From Octopus sinensis (Eukaryota), in contig NC_043003.1 of the NCBI RefSeq assembly GCF_006345805.1, positions 45,756,001 through 45,820,000 of the forward strand: a stretch of DNA of 64,000 bases, read 5' to 3'. Every line of letters begins with the position of its first letter. Position 1 is the stretch's first letter. Positions 52,494-64,000 of the stretch are shown in pieces. The notes beneath the pieces are model-generated. The model did not search any database and was not told the DNA's origin. It saw only the letters and a list, made by a program, of their open reading frames with translations. The position numbers and the translations under genes are program-made.

Positions 52494-52787
52494 GCGTGCG
52501 AGCACACACTTACACATACACACACAGCCGTTTAGAAATAGAATAAGCACCAGGCTTTACAAAACAAATAAGAGAAAATGAGTGATGAGATCGATTCTTT
52601 CAGCTAAAACTTTCAAAGCGGTTGCCCAACATGGCTAAAGTCCAATGACTGAAACAAGTAACATATATATATATATATATATATTATACATACATACATA
52701 TATACATATATTTATATATATATACATATATTCATATATACATATATACATATATTCATATATATATACGTTCATATATATATATAT

Positions 52788-53185
52788 ACTCTTTTTACTC
52801 TTTTACTTGCTTCAGTCATTTGACTGCGGCCATGCTGGAGCACCGCCTTTTAGTCGAGCAAATCGACCCCGGGACTTATTCTTTGTAAGCCCAGTACTTA
52901 TTCTATCGGTCTCTTTTGCCGAACCGCTAAGTGACGTGGACGTAAACATACCAGCATCGGTTGTCAAGCAATGCTAAGGGGACAAACACAGACACACAGA
53001 CACACACACACGCATATATATATATACATATATACGACAGGCTTCTTTCAGTTTCCGTCTACCAAATCCACTCACAAGGCATTGGTCGGCCCGGGGCTAT
53101 AGCAGAAGACACTTGCCCAAGATGCCACGCAGTGGGACTGAACCCGGAACCATGTGATTGGTTAGCAAGCTACTTACCACACAGT
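52788..53185 (-). mobile_element. Near full-length SINE family A; a plus-strand tail fragment lies at 52530-52660
   Basis: Reverse complement of 36971-37392. Confidence 0.95.
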
Positions 53186-54164
53186 CATATATATATATAT
53201 ACATATATATATATATTTAACATTTTTAAATAGGATAAAATCTTCATAAGGGAATTTTTTTTAATTACTCCCTTTAAATATATTTATTTATTGTAAGAGC
53301 ATAACTATACATAAATGCCTCACGCTATGAGGGACTCTTAAATTCAAAACTACCATAATAATTACATTGTACCAAACGCGAGGGAATGCAACTCTCGAAG
53401 CGAGCTCATTAAAAACAGATTGAGTTGCAGATCATATGATTTCATATTTAGCGCACAAAATGCAATTTCTAATCCTCAGTGCAGACATAATCAAGACACA
53501 TAAAAATGAACCAAAAATTCAATATACCAGACGAACACGAAATGTATCCATCATTAGAGTTGTTCACTCATATATATCTATGTAAGAGGCGAGCTTTTCG
53601 AATTTCCTCTCGGTACACGAGTCAGTTCCATTTCAGATGATTGTAACAACGAAATTTTTATTGCCCAAAGGGGAATAAATATAGAGGGCTCAGTTCATAA
53701 ACAAACAGAGCGGTACAATGAAAGTGGGAACACAAAAACAGATGGAAGGATGAATAAAAATAAAATAAAATGATTAATGAAATGATGACGCTCGGCCCCA
53801 TGTCCTGGCACCTTCATTTAACCTTAGGATTTTATACCCTTTTTCGAGATTTTATAACTTTTTCTTTTGATATAATTTTGTAAACTGTTAAACATTGTAA
53901 AATGTCTATACCAAAGTCTGCACAAAAATGTTTTTAAAAAATTCAAAACTCTGCAAAATTCCGGGACAAATTCTTCATGCATCAAAACGTTGCTTACTTT
54001 TTACTCAACCTGATATATCAAAATCACTAGCTTGTTTCTCTTTAGATTGGCTAAATGATGCAAACCCTTCTGCTGAGAATCCAGTAAGGCTGAAAATCAA
54101 TTAATTTTGTGTATCCTTTATTTCACTCTATGGAAAAATAGTTAAATTTACTCTGATTATATAT

Positions 54165-54433
54165 TTGTTCCTTCTCGAGCCAAGTCTGGCTCATAAGGGC
54201 CGGTTTCCCGGTTTCCTTGGCGTATAGGTCCGTCGCAGGTGAGCTACAAGAGGAAAGAGTGAGAGAAAGTTGTGGCGAAAGAGTCAGCAGAAGTTCGCCA
54301 TTACGTTCTGCCTGAGCCACGTGGAGCTTAGGGGTTTCGCTCATAAACACACACACATCGCCCGGTCTGAGATTCGAATCCGCGATCCCTCGACCGCAAG
54401 TTCGCTGCTCAAACCACTAGGCCATGTGCCTCC
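54165..54433 (-). mobile_element. tRNA-derived SINE (family C) with 15-bp target-site duplication
   Basis: Head TGGCCTAGTGG (A box) ... GATTCGAATC (B box). ACTCTGATTATATAT occurs at both 54150-54164 and 54434-54448. Confidence 0.9.
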
Positions 54434-55125
54434 ACTCTGATTATATATCTCTTATATAGGTTACATATTGTATTTAGTGCAATTAAATTGCTCACGTGTT
54501 GTATGTATAGTCAAGGTGCGTGGCACAGAAGTCATTTTAAATTTCTTTCAAATTCTCTCCATCCGCCTCCGAATATCTGACGAGGTTGATATGTCAAATT
54601 TGGCAACAGTCAGAACTACGAATCTCAAAACCCAGAATGTCATTCCTAATAATTAGTTCCAGATTAAACTTTAGAAGGAGAAGAGTAGTAGAAGGAGGAA
54701 GGAGACAAGTTCTTATAGAACACCCACGTTTAGGTAGCGATAAACATTAATTCTCAGTATGAATACTACTTAACGAGCTGGTTTGCTAAATGCAAAATTA
54801 GTGGTTGTGTGACAGCGTTTTTCCTATATATTGCAAGCTGGAGTGAACAACTGCTATATCTAGCAGACCAATATCCATCGCTGAAAATGAACAAAATGAG
54901 GTCGAAATCACGTGATCAGGTGGTCTTACAGCTAGGTTAGTAGCAATTGTTCTCTCCCCGTAGTCATCTCTAGTTATAGAACACCTACGTATCATTTCTA
55001 ATAGAGATTTTCTTAACGAGCTATACATACATACATACTTACATACATACATACATAACTTTTTTTATTGGCCACACAGGGCTGAATACAGAGGGGACAA
55101 ATACAAATGTAGAGCTTTTCTTTCG

Positions 55126-55240
<115 letters not shown>

Positions 55241-55492
55241 TGATAGATAGATACATACATGCATACATATATATGTTTGTGTGTGTGTCTGTCTGTCTGT
55301 CTGTGTGTGTGATTGGAGAGAGAAAATGAGAGAAAGAGGGAAGCAAGCCTGAAAACAGAAGAGTGAAATCAAATATAAATAATAATAAAAAAAAACCTTA
55401 ATTTTATTTTATTAAATAATGGCAACTGAAATAAATATCAATGCAAAAAGTGTTTATATGTGCCTATGCAAGTGTGTGTGATTGTGTGTGCG

Positions 55493-55576
<84 letters not shown>

Positions 55577-56429
55577 TGTGTCTGTTTTAGTTCGAATGTT
55601 GTCTGGATTAATAATGGACAATCATGAGAACAGCGTCAGATATTGAAGACTGCAAAATAAAATTTATTTAAAATAAAATGCTATAAATTTAGCAATAGTC
55701 TGAATTATATCATTTTAATATTTTATAATCAATATCTTGTTTAATACGTCCACACGTTTCGAAATTCAAATCAAAACAATTCTACCTGTCTCATTAAGTT
55801 TTGAAAATAGGAGATTATTCTTTTTATTCTTTTCTTTTTTTTTTTGTCACATGACCAAAAAGTCGACAAGCTGGCAAAATCGTTACATCCTCCGTATATA
55901 ATGCTTAGCTATATTTTTTTCTGTCTGTTTAAATTTTGTCTTCAAACCGAACTTTACTTTACTAGACAAGTATTGAAGTCGATGTAATCGATTCACGTTC
56001 TCAGAAATTTCAGGCCGTGTTCCTATATATTTTTTACTTGTTTCAGTCATTTTGACTGCGGCCATGCTGGAGCACTGCCTTAATAAAAATAAAATGTGGT
56101 TTAACCACACATCAGCTTCTGAATACATAAACTAATGTCCATAGGCATTCTATACATAACCACTTCGTCTTTCTTTCGTATATTTTCAAGCCACATGTGT
56201 TTCTCTTATGGGAGATATTTTTGTTTTTGTTGTTGTTTTTAGGTGAGTACATATAAATTGAATTAGAGGGTACGATAACGCAAGGGGTTTCATATTTATG
56301 ATACTATTTCTTATTTATACATCTATAATCAACATGCAAGATTTATCATTTTGGAAAATGTATGAAGCTTACCACCTCCATATTTATAATAATGGCCTCT
56401 AACAAGTCAGACAAATTTGAGATGGGATC

Positions 56430-57030
56430 AGTTGACAACATTAACACATGTACTTATATCTTATTTACATCATCGTCTCCGAAAGGATGAAATGCAAAGT
56501 CGATTCCGTTGGAATGTGAACTTAGAAAGCGAAAAACGATAATTAATTACAGCGAAGAAGTTTTATCTGATCTACTACTTAATACTGAAAATACACAACT
56601 CTAGGAAAAATTACTTATGTAGGGACAAACCAGAAAATTGTTGAGAAAAGAAGAAAAATTAATTATATCGGTCTCTGTACTGGACGGATAATTTAATCCA
56701 TCGACCCTTGATGGAAGAAACGATAGGTCGTTATTGGCGTGGTTCGATCTCTGAACGTAAAGTTAAGTAAGTACTGCAAAGTATTTTGTCTGATTCTCTA
56801 TCAATTTTACCTGGATTCTAGTATCTGCAAAACGCCGTGCGCTGTGAACGAAGTGTGCAGTCAAATGATTCGACCCTGTGTTTGATTTGTACCTTATTAT
56901 ATCAGCTACAAGAAAATGAGAAAAAAACCCAAACCTGGTGGAATTTGAACATATAAGGAAATGATACGAAAGAAAGCGAAAACAAACTTACGTCATTTCG
57001 TCTGCGGCTCTGCGTGTTATGCGATTTAAC
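56430..57030 (-). mobile_element. Three old, diverged tandem SINE B copies
   Basis: Degenerate CCGAAAGGATGAAA.GCAAAGTCGA..GGAAT.TGAAC cores at ~56480, 56700 and 56930. Confidence 0.6.
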
Positions 57031-57539
57031 GCAACTATACTACAGATCGGACCGAGTCAATGACTAATGAAAAGGTTGCAAGACGCAACGAAAACTTTAG
57101 AAAAAAAAATAGCTAAATGAGTGGAAATCGAACCGGTGAATGTGTTAAATAATGAGGCACTAAAAGAGAATGGCTTTCCCCAGGCACAATAAAATACCCT
57201 ACTATTAATTCGATGAAAATATATTAAATGCAGGGTGAACTAAAGCGTTAATTTGAATTAAATATACACTTCATCAGCGAAAGTTTGATTAATTCTAATG
57301 AAAACTTTGCTAAATTTATAAGTAAATTTACTCCATTGACTGGAGTAAATAAAAAAGGAATTAGAAGTGATTTGCAACAATTAAGTTAGTGTCATAATTA
57401 AGTCATAATAACACCAAAACTGGAACCAGAAATAGCCATCATTAGATCATATACGGAATTTTCTTTCGATACATTTGAGTTGTGCATACAAATGAATTAA
57501 GCTTACTCACACGCACACACACACACACATACACGCACG

Positions 57540-57576
<37 letters not shown>

Positions 57577-58689
57577 TCGCACACACACACATATACACAC
57601 ACTCACACTCGCGCACACACATACACGCCCGCACGCACAAGGAACACACAGAGAAATATGCACAAACATACACACATTACCTGCCTCGTGTCATGTAACC
57701 TGTGTTAAACATTGATCCTTTAAATTCCCTTGAGGTTTAGTAGGCATTTCCAAGTTGCCTCCATGCGTTTGTCATATCCGTGATAAGACTAAAAACGTAA
57801 CCGACAATTGTCCTTCCGTTATAAAAACCCGAGGCGTTGTAGCTGTCTTAAGAAGCCATTGCCAGAGCAAATTACAAGAGGTGCTCAAAATACTTGTCAA
57901 TTGATATGTAATAGGTGGTGTTCTAAAAATAAGGTGGAAATATTTATTGACAGTAAAGAGAGGAAAGTGAATAATTATACTGTTCTCAAATGAAGCTTCG
58001 GTTGATTTTATTGATGTGTTGAGGTTGCTCGAGGAGTTTGGGCATGTTGATTACAACCTTCTATTATCTGAGGTAACATTTACACGAAATGTATGTCAAG
58101 GCAATTATCCCTCGAGGCATAGGGTGTCACTAATCACTAACCTCCATCAGCTCATTAGTCTGAACCTCTGTGGCTCATTTTCTAAAAGGGGCCAATTTTG
58201 ATTGTTCCTCTCAGGACTAAATGAAAACAAATTGAGCAAGAACTCGTGAATGATCAATGTGAAAAATGCAGATTGAGGTCGGAGAAAATATTGTGAACAT
58301 AATTTAGTGGTGATCCTCTGGGGGTATAAATTGTTGCAAAGAAAAGTTGAGAGGTAAAAGAAAATGGAGAGAGGGGGAGGGCACGATATAGAAGGGAATT
58401 GATGGTGAGTGGGGTTACGTGTGATGGAGGGTAAACAAAACTGGGAAATGGAGTATTTGGAGTATAAGTAATAAGTGAAAGAGCCAGAAGTGACTAATAT
58501 GATAAACGAATATCGTGATGTTTAGAAGGAAACTATAATCAGGTCGACAAAGATCAGGCGTAGCTGTTACAATATGGTCGGTCAGTTGGTGGCATATCTC
58601 ACAACATTCATGGTTTGTGTAAAGCTATTTCAAGTAGCATTGTTGTAGAGATGGCAAATTATCTCGACTCATATGGTGTGTCTATGTGT

Positions 58690-59200
58690 CTCATTTTGTT
58701 TTTACTATAGACGTGAACGTGTTGTTACTAAACACAAAGTAAATGGGTCGTTTCTACAGCAACGGAGTATGGTTTCTACACAGATAATGTCTGTTGCTCT
58801 ATATACCCGTGGTTTTGCTATAATGTTTATATATGTTGCTACTATAGAAATGCTGTGTATTTTATCACAGTTATGAGTTACTATAGCGACGGCATGTCTT
58901 GTTACTATAGACACTGAGCGCTGTTACTAAGCGATGATGTATTACTATAGAGATGCTCATTTGTTACTAAACACTTGAAGTATTATTTCGACAGAATGGT
59001 GGGTATGTCGTTACGATCGAGATGGTACATTGTTTACAGAGATACCATGTTTTGTTAGTAAATAATTGAATAGTATAGGGTGTGCTCTTATCATAGATGT
59101 AACGCGTTATTATATAGGCTATGGGTTTTATTAACCTAGCTGCGGTATGCATTATATCGCTAGAAATAGTGTCCCAATGTTGTAGAGTTATGCTGTCATT
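58690..59200. repeat. Old degenerate ~24-bp minisatellite (TGTTACTATAGA core)
   Basis: Recurrent GTTACTATAG/GTTACTAAA/GCTACTATAG at roughly regular spacing. Confidence 0.6.
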
Positions 59201-59479
59201 ATTGAAATGGTGTGCTGTCAGTGAAACAATGGAACTGTTAGGATTAGACAATAGAAAGGAAATTCTATAGTTTCTGTTTCTTTGTGCAATAAAAATAGTA
59301 ATTAATCATTGTAGACATTACATCCTGTTAACTATTCGATAACGTATTCCTGTAAAGAAGGCGTATTGTTATATTGTCATTCTTATTTTATTTTGTCACT
59401 AAAATTTGGAAACAGTAAAAGTTTTGTGATCATTCACATTATGAAATGTTATCTTTGTCAGCAAGGGAAAATATGTTAG

Positions 59480-60540
59480 CCTAGTAGTTTCTTGCAGGTA
59501 GGCATTGATCTTGGGCTGCTATGATAAACCCTTCTGTTTCTGATTTTAAGTCAGAGGACACAAACCATTGATGGGTAAGGGCTATGTCAACATCGGCACT
59601 ATTAGTTCTTTTTGGATATTTGCCACTGAGAGGTTTTTCTAGCCATTTATCAGTAAGAATATCCAAAGCCCGGGTTTTTATACGCTAAGCCTTTTCTGTG
59701 TTTGTTTGCAGTACGTCTAATTCTGGAATTTGTATTTAGAATTCATTTAGATATTCCTTTGTCTGTTTTACTACTGAGTATGATGCTTTCTTGTTTTCAC
59801 GCTTTGAGACAAGTTTTAACATCCAGTCATCAGAGTTTTTCAGGTAGGTGTCTAGGCCAATTGTGGCAATCTACATTGTTAATTCCAGTTGTAAAAGTCC
59901 ACGGCCTCCCTCTTTTCTTGGCAGATAAGGTCGTTTAATATCTGCTTTATGGTGGTGCATTCTAAGCATTGTCAACAATTTTCGTATTTTTCTCTCAAGA
60001 TCACATATTTCAATTAATGATATTGAAACTGTAAGTCACGACAGTACTGATCGCTCCGATCCTGTTTCTTGAATTCAGCTCTGTCCTTACCCTGCGATTA
60101 CATTCTCTTCTTATCCTTTCCCTCACAACTGAATGCCTGATTCAGTCCCCTCCAATTACTCCGAGGTATTTGTAGCTGTCCACTGGTTCTAACTTCTTTA
60201 TGGCATTCTGCTGGTCAAGATTAACGTTGGGCTTTTCTGTCATTTTCCTTTGATAAAGGTAGCTTTTGTACATTTATCGAGGCCAAATTGCATCCTGATG
60301 TCATCACTGAATCGTTTAACAATCGGTAGTAAATCCTGTAGTTGTTGGCCATTTTTGCCAAAGAGCTTTAAATCATCCGTGTAAATGGGATGATTAAAAT
60401 TTTTGTCAAATATTTATAGCCGTATTGCATATCTAGCAATTTCGAGAGAGGCATTAAGGCTAGATAAAAGAGGACTGGTGATAGAGAGTCACTCTGGAAA
60501 ATACGACATCAAATTCTTACATCTTCACCATTGAGAGCAC
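59480..60540 (-). mobile_element. Decayed R4/Dong-like LINE RT fragment abutting (TAA)n
   Basis: IFQSDSLSP, YTDDLKLF, FGLDKC, YKYLGV, RMHH.KAD, EKPLSGKY and SETEGFIIAAQDQ motifs, with frameshifts. Confidence 0.92.
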
Positions 60541-60542
60541 TA

Positions 60543-60634
<92 letters not shown>

Positions 60635-60661
60635 ATTATTATTATTATTATTATCATTATT

Positions 60662-61212
60662 ATTGAGTGAGAGAGCAGTGCATGTCATCAAAGTGATAGT
60701 GGGGTAAAATATACAAAGCCCAGTATACCCATCATGACTACACGTCTGATAAGAGTACACTAGGCATATGCATCACAACCATATGTGCGCGACACGGTGA
60801 TCTCATATCAAGATAAACAGCACATGATCTTGCAGGTGGGGCCCGGTTAGAACTTTCTTCTGATCGAGTGACCCATCTCGCTCAAAAGGTCTCTGAATAA
60901 GGGTTGTTTAAGGATGTTGAAAGAAGCACCCACGTTTCCAGAGGTGAATAATTCAAACCTCAAAGAATCCCTCTCAACACATGGCGATGATGCTCCCCCA
61001 TTACTTCTGCTCATGATCAGAGATGCACATATCGTCAGCCACTAAGGGACATGCTCAACTGGTTACGGTCAAACAGCTGACAAGCAAATCTGTCGTATTG
61101 AGCAGAATATTTGCTGTAGCCCATCATTTATACCATGACAAAACAATGTACTTCCAATCAGTTAAGATCAAAAACCACGAGAGCCACTGCCTGGTACTGC
61201 ATCAGGGCATTT
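60662..61212 (-). mobile_element. ~550-bp non-coding interspersed repeat with (TAA)n tail (copy 1)
   Basis: Colinear with 62542-63092; both are flanked by trinucleotide tracts. Strand is inferred from the (TAA)n tail. Confidence 0.85.
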
Positions 61213-61213
61213 T

Positions 61214-61245
<32 letters not shown>

Positions 61246-61305
61246 AATCATCATCATCATTATTACCATTATTATTATTATCATTATTATTATTACCACT
61301 ATTAC

Positions 61306-61398
<93 letters not shown>

Positions 61399-61401
<3 letters not shown>

Positions 61402-61648
61402 TAGTTTTATTTTTATAGCGTGCTTTCACTTCACTACCGAGCGCAGCTCTGTGTGCCTTGGGTATGTGCTGGGATTTGTTGTGATGCTCTGATGGTTATT
61501 GTATGGAAAGTGTTCTGCGTAGGATGTGTGCAGTGCCTAGTAGTGCAATTTTCTGTATGTTATAATGTGTTTGTAAGTCCTGGTGTTTTTGTTATGTATT
61601 TGTCTGAATATTTTTTTTATCATGCCTAATGCACCTACTATTATAGGA

Positions 61649-61650
<2 letters not shown>
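61399..61650 (-). mobile_element. 3' terminal ~250 bp of the same R4/Dong-like LINE family as 43759-44862
   Basis: Near-identical reverse complement of 44610-44862, within (TTA)n. Confidence 0.95.
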
Positions 61651-61687
<37 letters not shown>

Positions 61688-62096
61688 GTTGTTGTTGTTG
61701 TAGTTGTTGTTGTTGTTGTTGGTGATGTTGTTGTTGTTGCGCCATCATTATTATTAATATTATTGTGAAAAATTTTGCTTCGTTATTTTCATGCTCGTTT
61801 CTACTGCACTATGTAGTGCATCTCCTTGTTCCCGACGTGTGTGTGTGGGATTGTGTTGCTGCTTGTAAGACTATCGCGGGAGTATTGTCTCCTGTTGGTG
61901 TACTGAACAAGATTGTTTTGCTACGGAGTTTAGTTTCTTGCTTCTTTTTACACTGGTGTATATTCCGTTGTGCGTGGAGTGCGTAATATGAGTTGTATTA
62001 TTTTATTGTCTTGTATGAGGTCTGTTGCATGTGTTGCTTTAGGTTATTCAGTGCTTGCTGTATATACGTGAGTGCTCTGTGTGAAGATAGTTCTAT

Positions 62097-62530
62097 CAGC
62101 AAGCTGGCAGAACCGTTAGCACGCCGGGCGAAATGCTTAGCGGTAGTTCGTCTGCCGCTACGTTCTGAGTTCAAATTTAGCCGAGGTCGACTTTGCCTTT
62201 CATCCTTTCGAGTCGATAAATTAAGTACCAATTACGCACGGGAGTCGATGTAATCGGCTTAATACGTTTGTCTGTCCTTGTTTGTCCCCTCTATGTTTAG
62301 CCTCTTGTGGGCAATAACGAAATAAGTATCGTAAGCATACTGGACGAAATGCTTAGCGGTATTTCGCCCGTTGCTACTTTCTGAGTTCAAATTCCGCTTA
62401 GGTCAGCCTTGCTTTTCATCCTGTCGGGCTCGATAGATAAAGTACCAATTGCATACCTGGGTCGATCTAATTGACTAGTCCCCGTCTCCCCAAATTTCAG
62501 GCGAGGCCTTGTGCCTATAGTAGAAAAGAC
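62097..62530 (+). mobile_element. Dimeric SINE family B
   Basis: Two heads/cores followed by the tail. Confidence 0.9.
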
Positions 62531-62541
62531 TATTATTATTA

Positions 62542-63092
62542 TTGAGTAAGAGAGCAGTGCATACCATCAAAGTGATCCTGGGGTAAAATATACGAAGCCC
62601 AATATACTCATCATGACTCCCTATCCGATAATGGTACACCAAGCACATGCATCACTACCATATGTGCACGACATGTTGATCTCTTATCAGGATTAACAGT
62701 GCATTATCTTGCAGGTGGGTCCCAGTTAGAATTTTCTTCAGGTTGAGTAGCTCATCACACTAAAAAAGTCTCTGAATAAGGTTTATTTTAAGGATGATGA
62801 ACAAAACACCCATGTTTCCAGAGGTGAATAATTCAAACCCCCAAAGAAGCCTTCTCAACACATGGCTATGATGTTTCCCCACTACTTCTGCTGGTGATAA
62901 AAGATGCGCATATCGTCAGCCTCTAAGGGACATACTCAACTGGCTAAGATCAAACAATTGACAAGCAAAGCTGTGGTATTGAGCAGAATATTTGCTGTTG
63001 CCCATCATCTTACACCAAGATAAAACAATGTACGTGATAACACTTCCAATCAGTTAAGATAAGAAGCCATGAGATTCTGGTACTGCATCTGG
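62542..63092 (-). mobile_element. ~550-bp non-coding interspersed repeat (copy 2)
   Basis: Diverged copy of 60662-61212. Confidence 0.85.
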
Positions 63093-63123
<31 letters not shown>

Positions 63124-63317
63124 TAATAATAATAATAATAATATAATAATAATAATAACTTTAAAAAAAAAAAAAATGAACGAACTACTGAGTTTGGTTT
63201 AATGGCCTACCAATATACACTATGAGTTTCTTTGCCCTAGGAGTCGGGAAGACACTCGGCAAGAAATGGAAGAAAATTTGAAAGAAGAAAAAAAAAAGTA
63301 ATAATAATAATAATAAT

Positions 63318-64000
63318 AAGTGTGCCAAGGCCACTTTCCAGAAAGGGAAAGTGAAGACCACAAATTCGGTCGTGTTAGATGTTGACACAGTCATAAGAGA
63401 GCTTGAGCAAGAACAAACATACAAATATTTAGGGATAAATGAAGGCTCTGGTATTCAGCATGCAAACATGAAAGAGAAGATCAGGAAGGAATGTTATAGG
63501 AGAGTTCGTGCAGTCCTGAAATCTGAACTAAATGCACGCAACAAGGTGTTAGCTATAAATTCCTTAGCAGTTCCAGTTGTTACTTATAGCTACAATGTGT
63601 TGAACTGGAATATGAGTGAAGTAAAGAATATAGATAGGAAAATACGCAAGCTGCTGAGTTGTAATAGGATGCACCACCCAAAGGCAGACGTAGATCGCCT
63701 TTACCTTCCCAGAGCCCAAGGAGGTCGAGGCCTGATCCAATTTGAACTAGCTTACAAAACAACCACAATTGGACTGGCCAAATATCTCGAAATATCGAAT
63801 GACTGGATGCTAAAGCTCGTGGAAAATCACGAGAGACGAAAGAAGCTTCATTCTATTATAAAGGAAAGCAAAAAATTTGCTATTGATCTCGTGCAGGATA
63901 CCCAAACTGAACAACCCGAGGGAAGTACGGCAACTATTGTTGCAAAGAAGGTGAAAATGACGGCAACGAAAAAAGCGCACGAGCAATTGGCTGATAGGTG
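63318..64000 (+). mobile_element. 5'-truncated R4/Dong-like LINE with an uninterrupted RT-thumb reading frame running off the window
   Basis: KCAKATF..TYKYLGINEG..KSELNARNK..AVPVVTYS..RMHHPKADVDRLYLPR.QGGRGL: about 227 codons without a stop, starting immediately after (TAA)n. Confidence 0.93.

Noticed and set aside
54355-54433. tRNA gene on the minus strand
   Set aside because: The tRNA-like head continues into a SINE body and is bounded by a 15-bp TSD; the acceptor stem does not pair well.
54577-54615. CTGACGAG-GTTG...CAAC hammerhead candidate
   Set aside because: No GAAA box follows the stem.
57750-58500. Possible further decayed LINE on the minus strand
   Set aside because: Motifs are too degenerate to support a call by eye.

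Overview
AT-rich eukaryotic (metazoan) non-coding DNA, intronic or intergenic. The SINE families, (TAA)n-associated RLE-type LINEs and extreme microsatellite density resemble an Octopus (coleoid cephalopod) genome; this assignment is from memory of the repeats, not a search. No complete host gene is visible, and almost all listed ORFs are microsatellite translation artefacts. The window is a transposon graveyard: three tRNA-derived SINE families (one forming tandem arrays), R4/Dong-like, RTE, CR1-like and CRE-like LINE fragments, a decayed Penelope-like element (RT + GIY-YIG), Tc1/mariner relics and MITEs, and several local tandem or inverted duplications. The most interesting structure is at ~18012-19930. 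It is a non-coding ~640-bp unit present as one inverted partial copy plus ~2.2 direct tandem copies, bounded by (TA)n. The inverted copy and both full direct copies each carry a type I hammerhead ribozyme motif with an unusually long AT-rich stem-loop II, suggesting a retrozyme-like / non-autonomous Penelope-derived element. A possible promoter with first exons lies at ~2460-3220. All coordinates were read by eye and element boundaries are approximate.
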